Below, piece by piece: positions 16,299 through 25,782 of a stretch of DNA of 37,233 bases. Positions within the stretch are counted from its first letter, which is position 1. Every line of letters begins with the position of its first letter. The notes under the pieces are model-generated. The model saw only the letters and a program-made list of their open reading frames with translations, searched no databases and was not told the origin of the DNA. This DNA is from a virus (taxonomy: Duplodnaviria > Caudoviricetes). The DNA lies in the IMG/VR virus record IMGVR_UViG_3300012352_000349, positions 1 through 37,233 of that record; one strand, written 5' to 3'. The position numbers were made by a program, and so were the translations under genes.

Positions 16299-16834
16299 AT
16301 ACACCCGAATGGCATTTTCAACAGATATTAAAATATCTTGGTGAGGATATTAAGAGAGAAGGACTTAAAGAAACACCTAAGAGGTATATAAAATTCATGC
16401 GTGAGTTTCTTGAGCCAAAGGCTTTTAACTTCACAACCTTTGATGCAGAAGGAACTGATGAGATGATTATCCAAACTAATATACCATTCTATTCAATTTG
16501 CGAACACCATACTGCACCATTCTTTGGTGTAGGCAGCATTGCATATATACCTCAAGATAAAATTGTTGGCTTATCAAAACTTGCAAGGACACTTGACTTT
16601 TATGCAAACAAGTTTCAGAATCAAGAAAGGATAACTACACAGGTAGCAGAAAGACTAATGAGTGAGTTAAGTCCAAGAGGTGTAGCAGTAAGTTTAAAAG
16701 CACAACATTTGTGTATGTGTATGAGAGGTGTAAAGAAACATGACACTTGGACTATAACAAATAAACTGCTTGGCGTATTTAAAGATGTAGACAAAACTCG
16801 TAATGAGTTTTTAAATCATATAAACAAGATTTAA
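16283..16834 (+). CDS. folE: GTP cyclohydrolase I
   Basis: EGLKETPKR, SICEHH, VGLSKLAR, QERIT, HLCMCMRGV. Confidence 0.95.
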   Translation: MEYTINTPEWHFQQILKYLGEDIKREGLKETPKRYIKFMREFLEPKAFNFTTFDAEGTDEMIIQTNIPFYSICEHHTAPFFGVGSIAYIPQDKIVGLSKLARTLDFYANKFQNQERITTQVAERLMSELSPRGVAVSLKAQHLCMCMRGVKKHDTWTITNKLLGVFKDVDKTRNEFLNHINKI

Positions 16835-16837
16835 ATA

Positions 16838-17218
16838 ATGGCAACGAAGGTTATACAAGAGCATGGTGGTGCAGTAAATAGATTTGAGAAAGGTGAGAGT
16901 GGCAATCCTAATGGCAGACCAAGAAAGTATGTAACCATCTTGAAAGAACAAGGATATAAATTATCTGAAGTAAATGATACTATACAAAGCATGATGGCTA
17001 TGACTTTAGAAGAATTGCAAGATGTATATAGGCATAAGGATACAACTATACTTGAGAAAACAATAGCAGGTGCTATGTATAAGAGTATACAGAAAGGTTC
17101 ATTGTATTCATTAGATACATTGCTTACAAGAGTTTATGGTAAGCCTAATGAGCAAATGAATATTACTTCAGATAATAAGATTGAGATAGTTTATGTGAAG
17201 GGCAAGACAATACTATGA
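16838..17218 (+). CDS. terS: Terminase small subunit (DUF5681-like N-terminus)
   Basis: FEKGESGNPNGRP motif; overlaps the terL start. Confidence 0.75.
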   Translation: MATKVIQEHGGAVNRFEKGESGNPNGRPRKYVTILKEQGYKLSEVNDTIQSMMAMTLEELQDVYRHKDTTILEKTIAGAMYKSIQKGSLYSLDTLLTRVYGKPNEQMNITSDNKIEIVYVKGKTIL

Positions 17219-18366
17219 GAATTGAAATACCCGAACCTCATATTAACCAACAAAAGATTCTTGACTGCACTTCAAGATTCATTGTATTGATGTGCGGAAG
17301 AAGGTTTGGCAAGTCTGAATTATCTCAAATAAAAATAATTGAAGAAGGAATACAAGGTAAGCGTATTGCATATATAACACCTACCTATCTTCTTGCTTAT
17401 GAATTCTTCACAAGATTATTAAGTGTATTGCCTTTCCCTAATAATAAATCTAAATTAAAAATAGATTTACCTAATGGCGGTAGTGTAGAATTTTTTACAG
17501 GTGAAAGATTAGATAACCTAAGAGGTAGAAAGTTTCATCACATAATCATGGATGAAGTTGAATTGTTTAAAGACTTTGAGCAAGGTTGGACAAATGCAGT
17601 ATTCCCAACACTTACAGACTATCAAGGGTCTGCATGGTTCTTATCTACACCGAGAGGTAAAAGTTTTTTTTACTCATTATATTTAAGGGATGGTGAAAAG
17701 GATTGGACTTCATTTAGGTTTACTACTTATGATAACCCACATATCAACAAAGAAGAAATTGATGAGGCAAGAAGGCAGATACCCGAAAAAGTATTTGAGC
17801 AAGAGTTTCTCGCTAATCCTTCAGACAATGTTGGTAATCCTTTTGGCTATGAAAGTATCAATGCTTGTATAAAACCTATAAGCACATTGCCTGTAAAGTG
17901 TTATGGCATAGATGTTGCTAAGAGTTATGATTGGACAGTAATCATAGGTCTTGATGCAAATGGTGATGTAGCATACTTTGATAGGTTTCAAAAAGATTGG
18001 CATACGACTAAACAAGAAATACATAAGTTGCCTAAGGCAAAAATAATAATTGATAGCACAGGTGTAGGAGACCCTATATATGAAGAGTTAAAAAGAGATG
18101 GGTTGCATATAGAAGGATTTAAATTTACAAGTCAATCAAAGCAACAATTAATGATAGGACTACAATCTGCTATACATCAAAAGATAATTGGTTACCCAAC
18201 AGGAGTTATAGTAGATGAGTTGAAGGTATTTGAATTTTTAATAACTACAACAGGAGTTAAATATACGGCACCTTCAGGATTCCATGACGATGCAGTAATG
18301 TCATTGGCATTAGCATATCATTGTCTTACATTCAAAGTTGGTAGTGGTAAGTATAAGTTTATATAA
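17215..18366 (+). CDS. terL: Terminase large subunit
   Basis: Walker A GRRFGKS, Walker B IIMDE, STP coupling motif, nuclease motifs GIDVA, DSTGVG and HDDAVMSLALA. Confidence 0.95.
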   Translation: MRIEIPEPHINQQKILDCTSRFIVLMCGRRFGKSELSQIKIIEEGIQGKRIAYITPTYLLAYEFFTRLLSVLPFPNNKSKLKIDLPNGGSVEFFTGERLDNLRGRKFHHIIMDEVELFKDFEQGWTNAVFPTLTDYQGSAWFLSTPRGKSFFYSLYLRDGEKDWTSFRFTTYDNPHINKEEIDEARRQIPEKVFEQEFLANPSDNVGNPFGYESINACIKPISTLPVKCYGIDVAKSYDWTVIIGLDANGDVAYFDRFQKDWHTTKQEIHKLPKAKIIIDSTGVGDPIYEELKRDGLHIEGFKFTSQSKQQLMIGLQSAIHQKIIGYPTGVIVDELKVFEFLITTTGVKYTAPSGFHDDAVMSLALAYHCLTFKVGSGKYKFI

Positions 18367-18380
18367 TGTGGTTATCTTTA

Positions 18381-18411
18381 TTTGTATATAATATACTCTT
18401 GTATACCTTTG
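18381..18411 (+). promoter_or_regulatory. Canonical Bacteroidota housekeeping promoter (-33/-7)
   Basis: TTTG (18381-18384), 19-nt spacer, TACCTTTG (18404-18411). Confidence 0.75.
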
Positions 18412-18425
18412 GTAAAATTAAATAT

Positions 18426-18653
18426 ATGATATCTGAATTATTGAAAGCAAAAAGGTTAGAACATAAACTAACGCAGAAGCAACTTGCAGAGAAGGCAGGT
18501 GTTTCTTATGTCTGTATCAATAGAATTGAGAGAGGCAAGTTACCAAGGTTAGCAATCGTTGAAAAGTTATTTGATGCAATGGATTATAAGATTACAATAA
18601 TTGCTGAATCAAAAGTCAAGCAAGAAGAAATTCCTTTCAGTCAATTTGTTTAG
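18426..18653 (+). CDS. XRE-family HTH transcriptional regulator
   Basis: LKAKRLEHKLTQKQLAEKAGVS...INRIERG; likely start 18426. Confidence 0.9.
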   Translation: MISELLKAKRLEHKLTQKQLAEKAGVSYVCINRIERGKLPRLAIVEKLFDAMDYKITIIAESKVKQEEIPFSQFV

Positions 18654-18690
18654 GTTTGATTAGTGTTTTCATTTTGTATTTGTTGACATC

Positions 18691-18720
18691 GGGGTGGTCA
18701 TTCTTGGCTACCCCTTTTTT
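18691..18720 (+). terminator. Rho-independent terminator
   Basis: GGGGTGGTCA-TTCT-TGGCTACCCC followed by T6. Confidence 0.8.
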
Positions 18721-18732
18721 AAATAAAAATAT

Positions 18733-19389
18733 ATGTGGGATAAAATAAGTGTATTTAAATATCAAGAGATAGTAAGAGCATTAGAGATAAAGGATGATAT
18801 AGATAAGGCTTGTAAATTAATTTCAATAGTATTTGATAAAACAATTATTGAAGTTGAATCAATGCCATTAGAGACCTTCCTTCTCTACTCTAATCAATTA
18901 TCTTTTTTAAAAGATAACATGAATGATAAACCTGTAAAAGATATAAAATGTAATGGGAATCGTTATTTCTTTGTATGGAATGTTAAGCAATTACCTGCAG
19001 CAAGATACATAGAGGTAAAGCATTTTGGAGTAAGCATGATAGATAATCTGCATTACTTATTTGCAAGTATGGTTATACCAATGAGAAGAAAATGGTATGG
19101 GTGGGTGCTTGAGAAGTATGATGCAAGTAAGCATGAGCAGTATGCAAATGATATACTACACGCTAACATAAGAGAGGTGTATAGTTCTGTTGTTTTTTTT
19201 TATCATGTATACAGGAATTGGATAGAAGTTTCGCAGGACTATTTGAATACGAAGAAGGACAAGAACAAACTAAAGGAAGTAGCAACTTTACTAAAATTTA
19301 TGGATGGCAGTATAACGCCAAGATTGTTGCCGACTATGAAAATATCAAAGTTGAAGAAGCGTATGAACTCCCTACAATCCAATTCTTAA
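18733..19389 (+). CDS. Putative tail assembly chaperone (unshifted product)
   Basis: 218-aa ORF containing a T9 slippery run at 19193-19201. Confidence 0.6.
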   Translation: MWDKISVFKYQEIVRALEIKDDIDKACKLISIVFDKTIIEVESMPLETFLLYSNQLSFLKDNMNDKPVKDIKCNGNRYFFVWNVKQLPAARYIEVKHFGVSMIDNLHYLFASMVIPMRRKWYGWVLEKYDASKHEQYANDILHANIREVYSSVVFFYHVYRNWIEVSQDYLNTKKDKNKLKEVATLLKFMDGSITPRLLPTMKISKLKKRMNSLQSNS

Positions 19390-19436
19390 ATACATTAAGT
19401 TACTTAAAGGCAGAAGCAGATTTTAAAAAAAGATAA
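19200..19436 (+). CDS. -1 frameshift extension of the 18733 gene
   Basis: The -1 frame is open from the T9 run to the stop at 19436 and has no ATG of its own. Confidence 0.6.
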   Translation, partial: LSCIQELDRSFAGLFEYEEGQEQTKGSSNFTKIYGWQYNAKIVADYENIKVEEAYELPTIQFLNTLSYLKAEADFKKR

Positions 19437-19438
19437 AC

Positions 19439-19669
19439 ATGAGACCAATTGAATTAGATATTCTATTTTATGACGGGCAATTATGTACTGACCAAGAATT
19501 AGACATTGCAGATTATGATTTAAAGAAAGCGTTATTTTTTAAGATTGATATGATTGCTCCTTACATGATTGGTGAAACAGAATGTACAACAATAATAAGC
19601 GGTACAATGAGTTGCATTTCACCATACCCATACTATGATGTAATGCAATACATTATTAAATGGATGTAG
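19439..19669 (+). CDS. Hypothetical protein
   Basis: 76-aa ORF. Confidence 0.6.
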   Translation: MRPIELDILFYDGQLCTDQELDIADYDLKKALFFKIDMIAPYMIGETECTTIISGTMSCISPYPYYDVMQYIIKWM

Positions 19670-19700
19670 ATATTTTAATAGTTATCCTGTATTTATAAAT

Positions 19701-20405
19701 GTGAGTATAAATAAAGCACAGGCACAATTTCTTGCCGATAAGTTCTTGAGTAAATTTAAAGACAAGTATACTCTTGTTGATGAAGATACTTTACCTATAC
19801 TTGAAAGTATATTAATTGAGTATGGTAAAGAATTCAACAAGGTAGCAAATATTAATTTAAAGAAGAATGGTTCTATAGACACAGGAGGATTAACTGATTT
19901 AAGTATACCTATTGTGTACCAAGATAGTGATAGTGATTATATACTTGAAGTTGGTTACCCAATAGATAGTGAGCAGTCTAAATACTATGATTACGTTAAT
20001 AAGGGGGTACAAGGTTTAGGTGGCGTTGGTGCTAAGTTAAAAAGGACATCAGGTGTATATAAATTTAGATATAGAACCCCAAGCAAGTCAATGGTTAAGG
20101 CTATCAAAGGTTGGATGGAAAGGCAATCAATCAAAGCAGAGATAGATGACCAAAAATATAAGCAAAGTAAATTACAAAAGAAAAGGGCATCAATTAAAAA
20201 AATAATGGATGAAACAGATGACCAACATAAACTTGCTTACATATTTGCAAAGGCAATTAAAAAAAATGGTATAAAGGCAACATACTATTTTGATGACGCA
20301 GTTAAAAAAGTCTTTAACAAAGAGTTTATATCATCTTTAGAAACTGCATTAAAGAATGATGTAGTGCTACAAATAAGAAGTATATATGGCAATAACAATT
20401 CTTGA
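19701..20405 (+). CDS. Putative tail completion/neck protein (HK97 gp10-like)
   Basis: DTGGL...YYDYVNKG...IKKNGIKATYYF pattern; GTG start after the GTATTTA motif. Confidence 0.55.
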   Translation: MSINKAQAQFLADKFLSKFKDKYTLVDEDTLPILESILIEYGKEFNKVANINLKKNGSIDTGGLTDLSIPIVYQDSDSDYILEVGYPIDSEQSKYYDYVNKGVQGLGGVGAKLKRTSGVYKFRYRTPSKSMVKAIKGWMERQSIKAEIDDQKYKQSKLQKKRASIKKIMDETDDQHKLAYIFAKAIKKNGIKATYYFDDAVKKVFNKEFISSLETALKNDVVLQIRSIYGNNNS

Positions 20406-21594
20406 TACACCATCTGCATATCCATCAATGCATGATGACCTTTGGTATGTAAGCAGTTCAACAAACTCGGCTACAACTAATTTTAAATATGTTTATGATG
20501 TAAAGATAGGAAGTACTTTAATCGCAAGGAGCAAGGTGTTCCCTGACCCTGTAAGTGGTTATGGTATATTCAATGCAAGTCCTATTGTCAGAGCCTATGT
20601 AACAAATTATTTTGAACCAAGCGGCAGCAGTATACTTGTTGCCTCAAATGATAAAATAAAAGTTAACTATACAATAGAGATAGGTGAAGAGGTTGCAGGT
20701 GTTGTAACAACAAATCTTGCAAACGGAACTTACAATGCATATAATTTCTATCCTCCATTGTTTGCAGATATTCTTGCAGTTAAAAATAATACACCGCTCG
20801 TCTTATCATCATACTACGATAATCTTTTAATTGATAACTTTTCTGACGATTGGTTAACAGAAAGAGATACTGATGAAGTTATAGTTGAGCATGGAGATAA
20901 TTTTTATGCTACATACTTTAGAATAACAACAGGCAGTTACATTGCCTATTGTGATGTAGTAGATGCAAGTGGTAGTGTTACTGCAACATATAGCAATTCA
21001 ATTACATTGAGCGGTCAATTTAATTTATTTAATCTTCAAGCAGGTCATATAAATACTTGGGCAGGTAGCACTTTAATTAATAATAATACTTATGGATATG
21101 ATTTTTATTTAGTTCTTGGACTTGCGGTTACAAGGAAAATTAAGATACGTCAAAAGTGTTACCCTAAGTATAAACAATACAACCTGCATTTTCTTAATAG
21201 GCTTGGAGGTTGGGATACAATGAAGTTTGCATTAGTTAATAGGAGGAGTAGTCAATTTGAAAGAAGCACTTACAGGAGGAATGATTGGCAGTTATCGGGT
21301 AGCACTATGTCTAATGTTGATACATACAATAGATATAATGAAACTGCTTTAAACTATGCAATACAACATAAGGATAAATACAATTTAAAAAGTGATTGGG
21401 TTAATGAACAAGATTATACATGGCTCGGTCAATTGGTTGCATCAAGCATTGTATACATTGAAGTTCAAGGTGCTTACTTCCCTGTAACAATTGCATCAAC
21501 TGACTATACATATAAAGTACAAAGTGCTGACAAGTTATTCAACTTTGAAATTGATATAGAGGTAAGTAAATATATTAATAGTCAATTCAGATGA
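20386..21594 (+). CDS. Tail structural protein (distal-tail-like)
   Basis: 402-aa beta-rich protein with FLNRLGGWD; position before the hub-like gene and the tape measure gene. Confidence 0.55.
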   Translation: MAITILDTPSAYPSMHDDLWYVSSSTNSATTNFKYVYDVKIGSTLIARSKVFPDPVSGYGIFNASPIVRAYVTNYFEPSGSSILVASNDKIKVNYTIEIGEEVAGVVTTNLANGTYNAYNFYPPLFADILAVKNNTPLVLSSYYDNLLIDNFSDDWLTERDTDEVIVEHGDNFYATYFRITTGSYIAYCDVVDASGSVTATYSNSITLSGQFNLFNLQAGHINTWAGSTLINNNTYGYDFYLVLGLAVTRKIKIRQKCYPKYKQYNLHFLNRLGGWDTMKFALVNRRSSQFERSTYRRNDWQLSGSTMSNVDTYNRYNETALNYAIQHKDKYNLKSDWVNEQDYTWLGQLVASSIVYIEVQGAYFPVTIASTDYTYKVQSADKLFNFEIDIEVSKYINSQFR

Positions 21595-23618
21595 TAAGTA
21601 CAGAAATATATATTGAAGATGAAAGGGTTGATTTAGTTGACGATATAACAACTGAATTTACTTATGCTATTGACGATATTGCAGACTTTGGTAGTAAGAA
21701 TACATCTTTTAGTAAAACAATTAATTTAACAGGTACTGCAAATAATAATAAGATATTCGGATTTGTATTTGATTTAAGTAATGCTAATTTTACTAATGAC
21801 ACTTCACCAAATGTAGGTTATAACTTCAATGCAAGTAAGTCTGCTCAATGCAGAATCTTTATTGATAAGATACAAATATTTAAAGGGGTATTGAGGTTGC
21901 TTGAAATTGTGCAACAAGGAGAAACAATAGAATATCAATGCAGCGTGTTTGGAGAACTTGGTGGTTTTATGTCTGCACTTGGTAATAAGAAATTAGAGGA
22001 ACTTGATTTTAGCAGTTACAATATTGCATGGAATTACACTAACATAACTAATAGTTGGAATACAATTGCAGGGAGTGGAGTATACTTTCCATTGATTGAT
22101 TGTGGTAATGTATCTGTAAATAAAATTGACTTTGATTTTAAAGCCTTTAAACCTGCATTATACATAAAAGAATATCTTGAAAAGATAATTGCTGCATCAG
22201 GTTATACTTGGGATTTCCCAATGCTATCACAGGCATTGATGCAAAGACTTGTAATGCCAAACAATAAAAAATTATTAACTAAAGAAAGTACAGAAGTATT
22301 TGATGCAGACTTTACAATAGGTCTATACTCTTCACCTACTTACATACCACTTACAATAACAAGTGCAGGTAGTTTTACAGGCACTAACCCAATTACATAT
22401 ACAGGTGTATCTCCGTTAAATGTTAATATAACTTGTAGACCTATTGGTCAAGTAAACAATACATTCCCTGCACCACCACAATCAGTATCTTTTTATTTAA
22501 AAAAGAATGGTAGCGTAATTGCAACACAAACAAGATTTGTTCCTTCAACTAACTACTATGTTAACTTGAACCTTGATGCATCAAATGTTAACCTTGTAAC
22601 AGGCGATATACTTTCTGTAGAGATGACTTCTAACATAAGTCAATATCAATCATTTGGTGGTCAATTAATTTTAAATTCAACTGCAGCAGTTGAAGTGCCT
22701 ATTAACTACAATGAAGTAATACCAATAAACAATGTAATACCTAAAGGAATTTATCAAAGAGATTTTTTTCTTTCAATATGTAAGATGTTTAATCTATATG
22801 TATATGACGATAAGGTTGATGATAAAAAAATTATCATTAAACCATATATAGATTTTTATGATGGTACTACAATAGATTGGACAAATAAGATAGATAGGAG
22901 TAAACCTTTCAGCATAAAGCCATTGTCAGAAATCAATGCACGATATTATCAATTCAAGTATAAACAAGATAATGATTTCTATAATGAAAACTATCGTAAG
23001 AAATATAATGAGGGGTATGGTGATAACATTTACGATACTGAATTTGATTTTGTTAAAGAAACAGAAACGAATGAAATAATATTTGCAGGTAGTCCTTTAA
23101 TACAGGCTGCAAGTACAGATAAAAAATATACTGCGATATATAAAAAGAGTAACAACAATACTACAGAAGATTCAATGGATTCTGTTGTAAGAATATTACA
23201 AGCACAAAAATTATCTTCAAGTGCTTATAATATAAAAGATGGTGCAACATCTTTAGTAACTAAAACAGAATATGGTTATGCAGGTCATTTATTTTTTGAC
23301 ACAACTACAGGTTATCCAACAAATGATATAAACTTTGGAGCACCGAAGGAAATATATTTTACATCAACTACATACCCAACAACTAATTTATTCAATGCCT
23401 ACTATTCAAACTACATGGAAGAGATAACTGACAAGGATAGTAAACTGCTTTCATGTAATGCATTATTGAATACGCTTGATATATTAAATTTAGATTTTAG
23501 TAAGTTGATATGGATTGATGGTGTGTTGTATAGGCTTAACAATGTTGAATCTTATAATCCTATGGAGTATACAACTACAAAAGTTAAATTGCTTAAAGTA
23601 ATTAATAAAACATTCTAA
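21591..23618 (+). CDS. Tail tip / baseplate hub-like protein
   Basis: 675 aa with SFSKTINL.GT..NN..F and ICKMFNL; adjacent to the tape measure gene. Confidence 0.55.
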   Translation: MISTEIYIEDERVDLVDDITTEFTYAIDDIADFGSKNTSFSKTINLTGTANNNKIFGFVFDLSNANFTNDTSPNVGYNFNASKSAQCRIFIDKIQIFKGVLRLLEIVQQGETIEYQCSVFGELGGFMSALGNKKLEELDFSSYNIAWNYTNITNSWNTIAGSGVYFPLIDCGNVSVNKIDFDFKAFKPALYIKEYLEKIIAASGYTWDFPMLSQALMQRLVMPNNKKLLTKESTEVFDADFTIGLYSSPTYIPLTITSAGSFTGTNPITYTGVSPLNVNITCRPIGQVNNTFPAPPQSVSFYLKKNGSVIATQTRFVPSTNYYVNLNLDASNVNLVTGDILSVEMTSNISQYQSFGGQLILNSTAAVEVPINYNEVIPINNVIPKGIYQRDFFLSICKMFNLYVYDDKVDDKKIIIKPYIDFYDGTTIDWTNKIDRSKPFSIKPLSEINARYYQFKYKQDNDFYNENYRKKYNEGYGDNIYDTEFDFVKETETNEIIFAGSPLIQAASTDKKYTAIYKKSNNNTTEDSMDSVVRILQAQKLSSSAYNIKDGATSLVTKTEYGYAGHLFFDTTTGYPTNDINFGAPKEIYFTSTTYPTTNLFNAYYSNYMEEITDKDSKLLSCNALLNTLDILNLDFSKLIWIDGVLYRLNNVESYNPMEYTTTKVKLLKVINKTF

Positions 23619-25747
23619 TGGCTGAAGAATTAAGTTTAAAAATAAATATAGGCGGCAAAGAGCAAGTAGTTGAATCTGTTAGAGATTTAAAGAAGGCAAT
23701 TAAGGAAGCAGAGTTTGAAGCATTTGCACTTGCAGAACAATTTGGTGATGGTGATGAAAGGGTTATACAATTAAGGCAAGAGGTAGGTAATTTAAAAAAT
23801 GCAATGGCTGATGCTGCTGACCAAGCAAAAGCATTTAGCGAGGATAGCAAATTTCCTGCAGTAGCACAAAGCATACAAGGTCTTGCATCGGGGTTTACTG
23901 CAGTACAAGGTGCTATGTCTTTAATAGGTGTTGAAAGCGAATCAGTAGAAAAGTCTTTATTGAAGGTACAATCTGCACTTGCATTTAGTGAAGGTCTTGG
24001 TGGTGTAATATCAAGTATAGATTCTTTTAAAGTATTAAGTGCTCAAATAAAAAGCACAACTGCATTCCGTTGGTTAGATGTACAAGCAACAAGGGCAGCA
24101 TCATTTGTACAGAATTTATTTACAGGAGCAGTCAATACAACGTCAACTGCATTCAAAGGATTAAAGGTTGCAATTGCTGCAACAGGTATTGGTGCATTAG
24201 TAGTTGCTATAGGTTTAGTTGTTGAGATGATGATGAAGTGGGGAGATAATACAAAAGAAGTTGAAGCAGCAACTAATGAATTGAATAGAGCATTAGATGA
24301 AACTAAAAGAATTACAGAAGACACATTAAGGATGAATGATGTCTACACTAAAACACAATTAGCAAATGCAAAGAAAAGGGGAGCAAGTGAAGAAGAACTT
24401 TTAAAAATAGAAAAACAAGGTAGAGAAGAAAGATATAAAACTTTACAAGCAGACATTGATACTAAACAAAAGATATATGATAATCTAAAAAGTACAGGTA
24501 AAGCAACTTATGAACAAGTAAAGAAAGCAGGTGAAGAATTGAATGCTGCACAAAAATCAATTAATCAAGAAAAAGAAAATGATAGATTAAAAGATTTAGA
24601 AAAAGAAGCACAACAAATAGATGATGCAAGGAATAAAGAAAAAGAAAAGAGAAAAGTAAATAACGATAAAGCAAAACAACAAAGAGAGCAAGATGCTAAA
24701 GAGCAGCAAGAAAGACTTGATGCTGCATTACAAGTAGAAAGAGATGCAGTACTTGCAACCTATAGTGCAAGGAATAAAGACTTGCAGCAATTAGATGATG
24801 AGTACATACAACAAAAAACAACATTGCTTAAAGCAGGGTTTACTGACTTTACAAATATTGATGAAGCATACCGCATTAAGCAACTTGAAATAAATAAGCA
24901 ATATGATGAGGAAGAAAAAAAGTTGCAAGAAGAGAAAGATAAAGATGCAAAAGATAAATTAATAAAAAAACAAGAAGAAGAAAGAGCAATATTGCAACAA
25001 GGATTACAAGATAGAATAGATGCAATAGATATAGAGAATGAAAAAATAGAAATGGACTTTGAGCAAGACTTAGTGAGGTTAAAAGAAAAGAGAGAAAAGG
25101 TTAATGAACTTGAAGCAAGTGAATTATCTAATACAGAACTAACTGAATTTGAAAGAACACAGATAAGGAGTAAGTATGCAAAGATGCGTACTGATGTAAG
25201 TAAAGAAGAAGTTGAAATTGAAAAAGCACAACAACAAGCAAAGGTTGACTTAAACAATGCATACTTAGATATAGCATCACAATTTGGTGGACTGCTTTCT
25301 CAAATAGCAGGTAAGAATAAAACACTTGCAATTGCAGGAGTAATAGTAGAACAAGTTGCAGCAATTTCTAAAATCATAAGTAACACAGGTATAGCAAATG
25401 CTAAGAGTGTTGCAGCATCACCACTTACAGGTGGTCTTCCATGGGTTGCAGTTAATAGTGCATCTGCAGGTATAAGTATAGCATCAACTATTGCTAATGC
25501 AGTTAAAAGTATTAGTCAAATAAAATCAACAGGAGGTGGAGAAGGTTCAGGTACTGCACCATCAAGTATACCTAATGTTGGTGCTCCATTAACTGCACAA
25601 GCACCTTTGCCAAACACAACGCAACTTGACCAACAAAGTATTAATGCACTTGGTAATCAAGCAATCAGAACCTATGTAATTGAAAGTGATTTAACCACTA
25701 ATCAACAAAGGATTGCAGCAATTAGGCAAAGAGCAAGATTTAGTTAA
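23618..25747 (+). CDS. Tape measure protein
   Basis: 709 aa, Ala/Gly-rich hydrophobic stretches (AATGIGALVVAIG) and a long K/E coiled coil. Confidence 0.8.
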   Translation: MAEELSLKINIGGKEQVVESVRDLKKAIKEAEFEAFALAEQFGDGDERVIQLRQEVGNLKNAMADAADQAKAFSEDSKFPAVAQSIQGLASGFTAVQGAMSLIGVESESVEKSLLKVQSALAFSEGLGGVISSIDSFKVLSAQIKSTTAFRWLDVQATRAASFVQNLFTGAVNTTSTAFKGLKVAIAATGIGALVVAIGLVVEMMMKWGDNTKEVEAATNELNRALDETKRITEDTLRMNDVYTKTQLANAKKRGASEEELLKIEKQGREERYKTLQADIDTKQKIYDNLKSTGKATYEQVKKAGEELNAAQKSINQEKENDRLKDLEKEAQQIDDARNKEKEKRKVNNDKAKQQREQDAKEQQERLDAALQVERDAVLATYSARNKDLQQLDDEYIQQKTTLLKAGFTDFTNIDEAYRIKQLEINKQYDEEEKKLQEEKDKDAKDKLIKKQEEERAILQQGLQDRIDAIDIENEKIEMDFEQDLVRLKEKREKVNELEASELSNTELTEFERTQIRSKYAKMRTDVSKEEVEIEKAQQQAKVDLNNAYLDIASQFGGLLSQIAGKNKTLAIAGVIVEQVAAISKIISNTGIANAKSVAASPLTGGLPWVAVNSASAGISIASTIANAVKSISQIKSTGGGEGSGTAPSSIPNVGAPLTAQAPLPNTTQLDQQSINALGNQAIRTYVIESDLTTNQQRIAAIRQRARFS

Positions 25748-25782
25748 GTGAATAATTATTTAAACAAAAAGTATTTACAATT

